Source: Flavobacteriaceae bacterium
Lineage (GTDB): Bacteria; Bacteroidota; Bacteroidia; Flavobacteriales; Flavobacteriaceae
Length of the DNA stretch: 32,000 nucleotides
Assembly: GCA_965224465.1 (NCBI GenBank)
Contig: OZ245049.1
Coordinates: 2,160,001 to 2,192,000 of the forward strand
Reading direction: 5' to 3'
In this document: positions 24,157-32,000 of the stretch, one piece after another
How positions within the stretch are numbered: position 1 is the first letter of the stretch
How the letters are laid out: the number at the start of each line of letters is the position of its first letter
The notes under the pieces: model-generated
Seen by the model: the letters and a program-made list of their open reading frames with translations, nothing else
Told to the model about the DNA's origin: nothing
Database searches by the model: none
Translations under genes and position numbers: made by a program

Positions 24157-25038
24157 TTACAAAAACCGAAACCTCAGCAAAGCTTCAAAAGTTCCAGTCC
24201 CTGTAAATTCGTTTGTTACTGCTGTTGACTTTTCATAGGCAACACCAAATTGCAGCTGATCGACCACTTTTAACAATGCAAATACAGACACAGACTCATC
24301 AATCCGATAATTGAGCCCTACATTGACCTTTTGATTGATATCAAAAGCAGTAGAAACATCAAAAGTAGCTTCGGATCCATCAACATAACGCATCATTAAA
24401 GAAGGCATAAAAATTATATTTTCCGACAACTTAATACTGTACCCACCCCCTACATATACATGTAACTTATCTGTAGCCGCAACAGGAACATTGCCTTCCT
24501 TTTCATAACGATCTCCACTTAAAAAATTAGGTGTAGAAAGTGTCAAATAAAACTTCTTGTTTTTTAAATACAGTCCTGCCCCCATGGTTGGATTAAAAAA
24601 GTGTTGATTCTCCGCAAACAAAGGATCGTTTTTTACATTGGCTCTGGACAGATCTATATCTATAAACGACCCTCCCCCTTTTAAACCAAAATACAACAAG
24701 TAGTCATCATTTAGTTTTATATGGTATGAAAGATCCAATGTTACATCTGTTTCCTTTAACACAAACACTTCGTCGTTTACAACAGAAAAACCAATGCCTA
24801 ATTTATTTTTCAAAGGCTGACTGTAGGATACAAACTGCGTTTTTGGTGCTCCTTCTACACCTACCCATTGCATGCGGAACCCCATGGTCAGGTCGCTAGA
24901 ATTTGAACTTCCAGAATAGGCTGGATTCACCATATTTAAATTGTACCTATACAAGGTATAATAAGGATCTTGTTGGGCTTGAATACTACTCGTAAGGAGC
25001 AGTATTAACACAATACTTAGTAGATTTATATGTTTCAT
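24157..25038 (-). CDS. PorP/SprF-family type IX secretion system membrane protein, copy 1 (293 aa)
   Basis: After the signal peptide comes QQDPYYTLYRYNLNMVNPAYSG, the hallmark N-terminus of PorP/SprF beta-barrels. It lies directly downstream of a gene encoding a type-B CTD protein, which is the usual pairing. Confidence 0.85.
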   Translation of the reverse strand: MKHINLLSIVLILLLTSSIQAQQDPYYTLYRYNLNMVNPAYSGSSNSSDLTMGFRMQWVGVEGAPKTQFVSYSQPLKNKLGIGFSVVNDEVFVLKETDVTLDLSYHIKLNDDYLLYFGLKGGGSFIDIDLSRANVKNDPLFAENQHFFNPTMGAGLYLKNKKFYLTLSTPNFLSGDRYEKEGNVPVAATDKLHVYVGGGYSIKLSENIIFMPSLMMRYVDGSEATFDVSTAFDINQKVNVGLNYRIDESVSVFALLKVVDQLQFGVAYEKSTAVTNEFTGTGTFEALLRFRFL

Positions 25039-25095
25039 ATTATTTATTCCTTTTTAATTGGATAATGCTTTTATTTAAACAAGTGTCTAAGACCC

Positions 25096-25245
25096 ATTAC
25101 AATCCAAAATGACCGATATACATAGGTTGTTTTACGTTCTAGCGTTGTTAAAAAACAGAACGATAGCTATGGCTATCCTTAAATTTTTTACCTAGATAAA
25201 ACAAAAAACAATTCCTTTTCTAAACCGTCACTTAAAAATGTAGTT
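25096..25245 (+). repeat. MITE-like element, copy D; absent from the paralogous spacer at about 31660-31680
   Basis: It reads attacaatccaaaatgaccgatatacatagg...ccgtcacttaaaaatgtagttgat. The duplicated copy 2 spacer lacks it. Confidence 0.65.
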
Positions 25246-25599
25246 GATATAATTCAACACTCCTTTCTCGATGCCATCCAACGGTATCCCTTCTTAAGAA
25301 CACCATTGAATCACTATCATACTTGTTATTTATTTTTCACAAACCCTATTATTTTCACAGGTGTTCGTGGAGTCTTCGCCGTTTCTTCTCCAGAAAACAA
25401 ACCTTTTATGATGTGTTTTTTAAGGCAGAAAAACTTTCTCAAAAACTATGTTTAAAACGGTGCGTCGCTCCTATAGCAAACTGCACGAAATCATAGACGC
25501 TGGCTTTTTTTAAAAAAAATCACCTCAACATTCTTTAGTTAAAATACTGAAACTAATTTTTATTCTTAAATACAGTCCAACAACTCCGTACAAAACACC

Positions 25600-28416
25600 T
25601 TAATAATTAATATACAACCAACCCGTTTTTGGTTCCAATCCGTTTTTATTAAAATTGATGATAAAATAATAAACTCCCGACATCATTTTCTTATGAGATC
25701 CTGTGTTGGAATATCCATCCCATGTATTTTTATAGCCGTTTTTTTCGTACACTTTTGCCCCACTACGGCTAAACACTTGTATTTTACAATTCGGATAGCT
25801 TTCTATACCATCTATGGTCCAAGTATCATTGATTCCATCATCATTTGGAGAGAAACCATGACTTAAAACTGACGAACCAATAACTACTGTTTGTGTTTGA
25901 CTGCTTGTATTTCCATGTCCATCATCAAAAACCCATGTTGTGGTGAAGGTCCCTTCCCCATTATAATGCACAGGATCTGTAGTAGTAGCTGTTATAATCC
26001 CCACACAATTATCGGTCGCATTTGGAGGCGTTAAGGTTACATCAAACTGACCTACAATATCTTCTAATTCTCCCGTGACTTCTGGCGCTGTTACATCTTT
26101 TATTATTACCAACTGTTTTTGCTTTGTAACGTTTCCATTCCCATCATCAAAAGACCATATAATTTCTGTGGTCGTTCCATTTCCTGAAATTGGTAAAGAA
26201 ACATTGTGTTCCCCTGTAATTGCACCTGTACAATTATCAATAGCAATTGGTGTATCCAATACTGTAACTTCACATTCAGCATAGATAGTTTCAAAATCTG
26301 CAATGGCTACAACGGGCCCTTGAGTATCTTTTATCCTAATAATTTGAGACTGATTGGTTGTATTTCCATCAATATCAACATAAGACCAAACAACTACTGT
26401 TGTTCCTTTTTTTATGATTGGGAATTGTGCATCATTACTAATTTTCACCACACCACCACAATTATCCGTTGCCGTTGGCACTTGTAAGCTTGTAACCTCA
26501 CATTGAGCTGTTACATCTTCAAGTTTCTCTACAGCAGGAACAGGTCCAGTTACATCCTTTATAATTATCAATTGAATTTGCGTTGTTGTATTTCCATTCC
26601 CATCATCATACGACCATAGCACTTCTGTGATTCCTTTTTTTGTGATTGGAAACTGTATATTGTGCGTAACTTTCACAACACCTTTACAATTATCGGTTGC
26701 TGTTGGTGGAATTAAACTTGTCACCTCACATTGGGCTGTCACATCTCCAAGTTTCTCTACATCTGCAACAGGCCCTGTTACATCCGCTATAGTTACCAGC
26801 TGAGTTTGCGTTATTGTATTTCCATTTCCATCATCATACGACCATAGCACTTCTGTGGCTCCTTTTTTAGTTATTGGAAATTGCGTAGCAGTAGATGCTA
26901 CTATTTCTGTACCACATGAAACAAATACAGGGGCATCCAACAAAACTTCACATTCTGAGCTTAGCTCTTGTAATTTAGGAAGTAAAAAACTAAAACCTCT
27001 TAATTCATACAAAATAGAAACGTCTGCAAAATACAAACTGTGGTGCGTTGCATCCCCAGAAGACTCCGCAAACATCAAATCTTGTTGACTGCTACTACTC
27101 AACCCCTGAACAACATATTCACCTACACCTGTAGACAAATTATACTTAGCAACACCACCACTATGACGCACATACGCAAATTTTCCTGGTGGATCAATTG
27201 CAAAATTCGCCTTTTGATTCGTAAGTAAAGAAGACTTGGGAACAAGCTGCACAAGGCTATTATTTACAATATCAATTTCATATATCCCAAACAACGAAGA
27301 CATAAAATACATCTTATCGGTCTCTTCACAATATTCTAAACCGTCATTGGTACCTCCAGGAAGCCCCGTTACAACAATTTTAGAGACAGCTGTTATCGGA
27401 TTGTATTCCCAAACACTATTGGTTGACTTATTTCCGTCCGTTGTGTAGATCAACCCTTTGCGAACCGCCATCCCTGCTTCAAAACCAGAAACATTAGTCC
27501 CTGCTAGGGTATGAGCTGTTTTAAACGATATCGATGAAGATTTTAAATCTGTAGCTTCATGAATAAAACCATTTGCTTGAAAAAAAACTGACTTCCCAAC
27601 AAACACAATATCCGTGCTCATATAAGGGAGAAAATACAACGCCCTATCAAACCATTTATTTGTAGAAGAAGCGATGTCCACAACAACTCCATTATTATCA
27701 ATTCTCAATAATTTGTCGCCATTAGACGAGTCACCTGCTCCATAAATTTCTTTATTTACTGTATCATAAGCTAATTCTTGAATAGAAAAAGGAGTAGAAG
27801 CAAATTCACTCACGCAATAGTCAGAAATAATTCCTTGTAAAGAATGTTTATAATTTTTACTTAAAAAAACCACATCTAAATGATGCTTTAAATTCGAAGC
27901 ACCTTTTTTTTCTAAAGCCCAATCTCCATTAAGACCCGTTTTATCATCTGACATGAAAATCTTAAAGCCAGATAACTCGCAAAGTTTTGAATACAATTCC
28001 TCACCACGTACACCCTTTCCGGTTTCACATGAAAAAATATTAAAACTTGCATTTTCTTCCAATAGTGTATTTAGTCTATAAAAACTTCCAGCTTGCATCG
28101 GTTTTGACAGGGTCTCTACAGTGAGATTTTCAGAACCTATAAAAAAAGCTCCTGATGTTCCATGAGAAAAAACATTTACAGATGCAATCAAATAATCCTT
28201 TTTAAGTATAGACAGTTGATCTAACAAATTTGAAAAGCGATCCTTTTCAGTTAACAAAACAATTGACTTATCTCCTTTGATGGAAGCTATAAGAATTTCT
28301 ACGTCTTTAACATCATTGTTAAAAACATACACATTTGTTATGGGTTTATGTAACTCTTGAGATATTCCAGAAAAAAAGAACATAAAAGAGATAACGAGTA
28401 AGGTAATTCTATTCAT
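25600..28416 (-). CDS. T9SS cargo adhesin (938 aa): signal peptide, DUF4347-like N-domain, central beta-rich region, five HYR-like repeats, type-B (gliding-motility-associated) C-terminal sorting domain
   Basis: The C-terminus FSPNDDGINDTWTIDGIESYPNCKIQVFSRSGAKVYEKNGYKNTWDG...GVYYFIINF...GWLYINY has the TIGR04131-type pattern. There are five ~82-aa repeats with C.V..L..P.A.DNC.G......N..FPI.KKG.T.V.WSYDDGNGNT. The N-terminal VYVFNNDV...VNVFSHGTSGAFFIG is DUF4347-like. Confidence 0.85.
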   Translation of the reverse strand: MNRITLLVISFMFFFSGISQELHKPITNVYVFNNDVKDVEILIASIKGDKSIVLLTEKDRFSNLLDQLSILKKDYLIASVNVFSHGTSGAFFIGSENLTVETLSKPMQAGSFYRLNTLLEENASFNIFSCETGKGVRGEELYSKLCELSGFKIFMSDDKTGLNGDWALEKKGASNLKHHLDVVFLSKNYKHSLQGIISDYCVSEFASTPFSIQELAYDTVNKEIYGAGDSSNGDKLLRIDNNGVVVDIASSTNKWFDRALYFLPYMSTDIVFVGKSVFFQANGFIHEATDLKSSSISFKTAHTLAGTNVSGFEAGMAVRKGLIYTTDGNKSTNSVWEYNPITAVSKIVVTGLPGGTNDGLEYCEETDKMYFMSSLFGIYEIDIVNNSLVQLVPKSSLLTNQKANFAIDPPGKFAYVRHSGGVAKYNLSTGVGEYVVQGLSSSSQQDLMFAESSGDATHHSLYFADVSILYELRGFSFLLPKLQELSSECEVLLDAPVFVSCGTEIVASTATQFPITKKGATEVLWSYDDGNGNTITQTQLVTIADVTGPVADVEKLGDVTAQCEVTSLIPPTATDNCKGVVKVTHNIQFPITKKGITEVLWSYDDGNGNTTTQIQLIIIKDVTGPVPAVEKLEDVTAQCEVTSLQVPTATDNCGGVVKISNDAQFPIIKKGTTVVVWSYVDIDGNTTNQSQIIRIKDTQGPVVAIADFETIYAECEVTVLDTPIAIDNCTGAITGEHNVSLPISGNGTTTEIIWSFDDGNGNVTKQKQLVIIKDVTAPEVTGELEDIVGQFDVTLTPPNATDNCVGIITATTTDPVHYNGEGTFTTTWVFDDGHGNTSSQTQTVVIGSSVLSHGFSPNDDGINDTWTIDGIESYPNCKIQVFSRSGAKVYEKNGYKNTWDGYSNTGSHKKMMSGVYYFIINFNKNGLEPKTGWLYINY
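25875..26960 (-). repeat. Five tandem HYR-like coding repeats inside the adhesin gene
   Basis: The periodicity is ~246 nt. Repeats 1-3 are very similar to each other at the protein level (QFPITKKG.TEVLWSYDDGNGNT.TQ.QL..I.DVTGPV..VEKL.DVTAQCEVTSL). Confidence 0.75.
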
Positions 28417-28445
28417 TTATTTATTTATTTATTTATTTTATTTTA
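28417..28445 (-). repeat. Simple sequence repeat abutting the adhesin start codon: (TAAAA)2(TAAA)5 on the coding strand, with the last A being the A of the ATG
   Basis: The plus strand reads cat-ttatttatttatttatttattttatttta from 28414. Confidence 0.8.
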
Positions 28446-28546
28446 AATTAATATACGAAAACAAGGAACTGAGCAGCCCTATCAAAACAGGCATGACACC
28501 AAAAGTGTACCCCAGTAATTGTTTTATATTTTACACAAAACGAAGC

Positions 28547-28615
28547 TCCAAATGACCGATATAAATCATGCCTTTAGCATTAAAAAACAGAAGAACAGCC
28601 ATGGCTATTGGTCTT
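28547..28615 (+). repeat. MITE-like element, copy E1 (5-prime part only)
   Basis: It reads ctccaaatgaccgatataaatcatgcctttagcattaaaaaacagaagaacagccatggctat. Confidence 0.5.
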
Positions 28616-28624
28616 ATACCATAC

Positions 28625-28775
28625 CATCCAAAATGACCGATATAAATAGTTTATTTTACGCTCTAGCATTGTTAAAAAACAGATCTATAGCTAAGGCTAT
28701 CCATCCATTTTTCACCTAGATAAAACAAAAATAATTCCATTTCTAAACCGTCACTTGAAAATGTGTTTGGTATTA
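28625..28775 (+). repeat. MITE-like element, copy E2
   Basis: It reads catccaaaatgaccgatataaatag...ccgtcacttgaaaatgtgtttggta. Confidence 0.65.
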
Positions 28776-28863
28776 TTTCTCATCTAAATAAAAAACCTAT
28801 ACTCAACTACGTTGAATATTGATTTACAAAAAGTTATTTGAAATTTTACGGGTATTATACCCG

Positions 28864-29012
28864 TTACAATCCTAAACGACCGATATAAATAGTATATTTT
28901 ACGTTCTAACATCGTTAAAAAACAGAACAATAGCTGTGGCTATCCATCCATTTTTTACCTAGATAAAACAAAAAATAATTCCATTTCTAAACCGTCACTT
29001 GGACATGTGTTT
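28864..29012 (+). repeat. MITE-like element, copy F
   Basis: It reads ttacaatcctaaacgaccgatataaatag...ccgtcacttggacatgtgtttcg. Confidence 0.65.
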
Positions 29013-29463
29013 CGAAATATTTATAGGTTGAACAATAAGATTGTTGATTCATTTTCCGAAACAGGTCAGAAAACACAAAGAAAAAAAGGGGAATAATCAT
29101 AAACAGATGTTAAGTTATTAGTTTTCAATATAAAATATTCACAACATGCCCTCAGAAAGTAGTTACTTTTACGAATTCATTACAAACAAACACTCCACTG
29201 ATAATCAGAAGCGTATATCTATAAAAGAATAAAGTTATACAAGATCCGGGGGGAGATCGTACAATATAGGACGTCGAAAGTAACATAAGTTATGTTAAAA
29301 ACCAAATTTTACCTATACAATTATCAACCAACAACTTAGACAGATATGTTTTTTAATAGCGACAAATAGCTATAAACGCCCTGGTTTTACCCATTACAAA
29401 TAACAAAGAAATTTATATCGATTTAAGGACAACATATTGAGGTGTTTAAAAATTAACAACGTC

Positions 29464-29482
29464 AAAAAAAAAAAAAAAAAAA
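29464..29482 (+). repeat. A19 homopolymer in an ORF-free spacer
   Basis: Counted directly as gtc + 19 A + cgg. Confidence 0.9.
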
Positions 29483-29610
29483 CGGAAACACCCGCTCTCC
29501 AACAAGCCCTTCAACATATTGATATTAAGAAAACTAGATCTAACTCTAGAAAATTATTTTTTATTTCAAGCCCCGCATTAAGGGAAGTAATTCTTCTCTA
29601 AGTAATTAAC

Positions 29611-29682
29611 GAAACAGCCTCGTCCCAAGGGCACGAGGCATACTCCCGAAAGACTGTTTCTTATTTCGAGGCTAATCCTCGG
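29611..29682 (-). other. GC-enriched nested hairpins just downstream of PorP/SprF copy 2 (possible 3-prime UTR structure or small RNA)
   Basis: The outer stem is gaaacag/ctgtttc (29611-17 / 29654-60) and the inner stem is cctcgt/acgagg (29618-23 / 29633-38). A second hairpin is cgagg-ctaat-cctcg (29667-81). No clean T-run follows on either strand. Confidence 0.3.
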
Positions 29683-29727
29683 AAAATTAAACCCTCAATA
29701 AAAAATTAAAAACAACAATACACTCCA

Positions 29728-30609
29728 CTACAAAAACCGAAACCTCAGCAAAGCTTCAAAAGTCCCACTCCCTGTAAATTCGTTTGTTACTGCTGTTGAC
29801 TTTTCATAGGCAACACCAAATTGCATCTGATCGATCACTTTTAACAATGCAAATACAGATAAAGACTCATCAATCCGGTAATTAAGTCCTACATTGACCC
29901 TTTGATTGATATCAAAAGCAGTAGAAACATCAAAGGTAGCTTCGTATCCATCAACATAACGCATCATTAAAGAAGGCATAAAAATTATTTTTTCCGACAA
30001 CTTAATGCTGTATCCACCCCCTACATATACATGCAACTTATCTGTAGCTGCAACAGGAACATTGCCTTCCTTTTCATAACGATCTCCACTTAAAAAATTA
30101 GGTGTAGAAAGGGTCAAATAAAACTTCTTGTTTTTTAAATACAGTCCTGCCCCCATGGTTGGATTAAAAAAGTGTTGATTCTCCGCAAACAAAGGATCAT
30201 TTTTTACATTGGCTCTGGACAGATCTATATCTATAAACGATCCTCCCCCTTTTAAACCAAAATACAACAAGTAGTCATCATTTAGTTTTATATGGTATGA
30301 AAGATCCAATGTTACATCTGTTTCCTTTAACACAAACACTTCGTCGTTTACAACAGAAAAACCAATGCCTAATTTATTTTTCAAAGGCTGACTGTAAGAT
30401 ACAAACTGCGTTTTTGGCGCTCCTTCTACACCTACCCATTGCATGCGAAACCCCATGGTGAGGTCGCTAGAATTTGAACTTCCAGAATAGGCTGGATTCA
30501 CCATATTTAAATTGTACCTATACAAGGTATAATAAGGATCTTGCTGGGCTTGAATACTACTCGTAAGGAGCAGTATTAACACAATACTTAGTAGATTTAT
30601 ATGTTTCAT
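29728..30609 (-). CDS. PorP/SprF-family type IX secretion system membrane protein, copy 2 (293 aa)
   Basis: It differs from copy 1 at a handful of residues (for example N/K, S/Y, K/R, V/L, V/I, L/M, T/S). Confidence 0.85.
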   Translation of the reverse strand: MKHINLLSIVLILLLTSSIQAQQDPYYTLYRYNLNMVNPAYSGSSNSSDLTMGFRMQWVGVEGAPKTQFVSYSQPLKNKLGIGFSVVNDEVFVLKETDVTLDLSYHIKLNDDYLLYFGLKGGGSFIDIDLSRANVKNDPLFAENQHFFNPTMGAGLYLKNKKFYLTLSTPNFLSGDRYEKEGNVPVAATDKLHVYVGGGYSIKLSEKIIFMPSLMMRYVDGYEATFDVSTAFDINQRVNVGLNYRIDESLSVFALLKVIDQMQFGVAYEKSTAVTNEFTGSGTFEALLRFRFL

Positions 30610-30626
30610 ATTATATATTCTTTTTT

Positions 30627-31634
30627 ATGCTTGTCCGCTAGTTTCCCTAATATTTTTGTTGTATTTTCATAAAACATAAATAATCGATATGAGATTAATT
30701 GAATTTAGTGAGCACTACCCAGATGAAGCCAGTTGTAAAGCAGCATTTAAGTCCTATCGCGAAAAAGAAGGGGTTAAGTGTAAAAAGTGTGGAGGAACTA
30801 CTCATTATTGGAAAAAGAAACGAGAACAGTGGGAATGTAAAAACTGTACTCACAGAACAACGTTGAAAAGCGGTACTGTTATGCAAAGCAGTAAATTACC
30901 TTTTAAGTATTGGTTTATAGCTATGCATTTAATAACAAGCACAAAAAAATCATTTTCGGCTAAAGAGATTCAACGTCAGATAGGTCATAAAAGATATGAG
31001 CCTATTTGGGCAATGGTTCATAAGTTAAGATGCGTTATGGGGTTAAGAGACGATGAATATCAGCTTAGTGATGAGGTTGAATTGGATGATGGGTTTTTTG
31101 AAACCGTTTCAATAACAAGAGATAAAACAGCACCTTTAAAAAGGGGGCGAGGAAGTCAAAGACAATCAATAGTATTAGTAAGTATAGAGTCTAAACTAGA
31201 ATCAGAACACTATAACAGCAAGAAACACAGGGTGAATAAGAGAGTGAAATTCCTAAAGATGAAAGTAATCAGTTCTTTAAAGAAAGAAGAGGTAGCTCAA
31301 ACTGTAAATCAAATGGTTGAAGGAGGTAGCAAAATAATTTCCGATGGATCAAATAGCTTTAATGACTTGACTAAGGATTTTGAACTAGTCTCTAATGTTG
31401 TGCCAAAGAAAAATATCAATTCTATTTTACCTTGGGTTCACAAAGCAATTAGTAACGCCAAAAGGCTATTACTGGATGTCCATCATAGAATAGATGATGA
31501 TTTTCTTCAAAATTACTTGAACGAGTACTGCTACAAATTCAATAGGAGAACATTTAATAACTTATTCGACAGGCTTATGATTGCAGCGGTATCATATAGA
31601 TGGAATTATCTTGGGGAAGTTAACGGATAAGCAT
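30627..31634 (+). mobile_element. IS1595-family element (about 1.0 kb) inserted 18-20 nt upstream of PorP/SprF copy 2
   Basis: The terminal inverted repeats are (at)gcttgtccgctagtttccc and gggaagttaacggataagc(at). The flanking direct repeat is atattctttttta (30615-30627 and 31633-45), so the target duplication is 10-13 bp depending on where the ends are drawn. Confidence 0.8.
30689..31630 (+). CDS. IS1595-family (ISXO2-like) transposase (313 aa)
   Basis: It has an N-terminal zinc ribbon (CKKCGG...CKNC) followed by an ISXO2-like DDE region (...DGSNSF...LLDVHHRIDDDFLQNYLNEYCYKFNRR). Confidence 0.85.
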   Translation: MRLIEFSEHYPDEASCKAAFKSYREKEGVKCKKCGGTTHYWKKKREQWECKNCTHRTTLKSGTVMQSSKLPFKYWFIAMHLITSTKKSFSAKEIQRQIGHKRYEPIWAMVHKLRCVMGLRDDEYQLSDEVELDDGFFETVSITRDKTAPLKRGRGSQRQSIVLVSIESKLESEHYNSKKHRVNKRVKFLKMKVISSLKKEEVAQTVNQMVEGGSKIISDGSNSFNDLTKDFELVSNVVPKKNINSILPWVHKAISNAKRLLLDVHHRIDDDFLQNYLNEYCYKFNRRTFNNLFDRLMIAAVSYRWNYLGEVNG

Positions 31635-32000
31635 ATTCTTTTTTAATTGGATAATGCTTTTATTTATTTGTTTCAATACTCCTTTCTCGATAGCATCCAA
31701 TAATAATTCTTCTTGAGAACACCCTTAAATCACTACCATATTCATTATTTATTTTTTTATACGCCCTCCTATTATTTTTACAGGTGTCCGTAAGGTCTTC
31801 ACCGATTCTTCTCTAGAAAACAAACCAAAAAAGAAACCTTTTGTAATGTGTTTTTTAAGGCGAAAAAACTTCCTTAAAGACCACGTTTAAAACTGTACGT
31901 CGCTCCTATAGCTAACTGCACGGAATCATAGACGCTGTTTTTTTTTAAAAAAAAGTCACCTCAACATTGTTTAGTTTAAATACTGAAACTAATTTTTATT

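Larger units (their letters stand above)
24150..25564 (-). repeat. Segmental duplication, copy 1 (PorP/SprF gene plus its upstream spacer up to the adhesin 3-prime flank)
   Basis: It is collinear with 29721-32000 at an offset of 5571 at the gene. It differs by a MITE insertion here (25096-25245), by an IS1595 insertion in copy 2, and by scattered substitutions. Confidence 0.85.
29721..32000 (-). repeat. Segmental duplication, copy 2 (PorP/SprF gene plus upstream spacer, interrupted by IS1595); runs to the window end
   Basis: See 24150-25564. The last bases, ctgaaactaatttttatt, equal 25547-25564, which lie 36 nt before the adhesin stop codon in copy 1. Confidence 0.85.

Noticed and set aside
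26075-27448. Seven small ORFs on both strands inside the adhesin gene
   Set aside because: They are all nested within the 938-aa ORF, which has a coherent signal peptide, repeat architecture and T9SS sorting domain. The internal repeats generate spurious alternative frames.
28519-28719. The 66-aa plus-strand ORF upstream of the adhesin
   Set aside because: It is composed of two consecutive MITE-like copies (the peptide MTDIN occurs twice because the repeat occurs twice). This is a repeat-derived reading frame, not a gene.
29430-29522. A19 tract plus flanking 11-bp direct repeat as a poly(A)-tailed retroposition event
   Set aside because: The A-run lies in the middle of the interval between the direct repeats, not at the 3-prime end of an insert. 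No reverse transcriptase or retron-like msr/msd features were seen. The 11-bp repeat could be chance in AT-rich DNA.
30695-30886. The 63-aa minus-strand ORF
   Set aside because: It is antisense to the N-terminus of the IS1595-family transposase gene.

Overview
Visibly AT-rich segment that looks like a Bacteroidota (Flavobacteriia-like) chromosome. The basis is T9SS type-B sorting-domain cargo with PorP/SprF partners, a TssD-type Hcp, many lipobox proteins and TAnnTTTG-type promoter motifs. All family calls come from motif recognition by eye; no searches were run.

Layout:
(i) 1-8027, minus strand: a tightly packed operon of TssD/Hcp-like gene, 405-aa papain/C39-like toxin and lipoprotein immunity. 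Three orphan cassettes follow, each a 5-prime-truncated toxin tail plus a divergent lipoprotein immunity. The last immunity gene is split by a complete IS21-family element with a 6-bp target duplication.
(ii) 8362-11381: IS debris, comprising an IS21-family remnant and an IS1595-family element that itself carries a nested IS4-family element.
(iii) 11382-15780: a 1.24-kb unit carrying a CAP/SCP-domain lipoprotein gene, amplified three times in tandem, plus a diverged fourth paralogue.
(iv) 16339-23786, plus strand: core genes lpdA, a conserved hypothetical, pabB-like, tilS and ppc.
(v) 23887-32000: a T9SS cargo module (938-aa DUF4347/HYR-repeat adhesin with type-B C-terminal domain, plus PorP/SprF). 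The PorP/SprF gene and its upstream spacer are duplicated. One copy carries a MITE-like insertion and the other a second IS1595-family element.

A roughly 150-bp MITE-like repeat occurs at least 7 times. No rRNA, tRNA or CRISPR array was seen.

The most interesting item is the Hcp-headed polymorphic toxin locus. Its orphan cassettes share long stretches that look nucleotide-identical to the expressed gene and then diverge inside the catalytic domain. Relics of the catalytic-Cys region sit upstream of the orphans.
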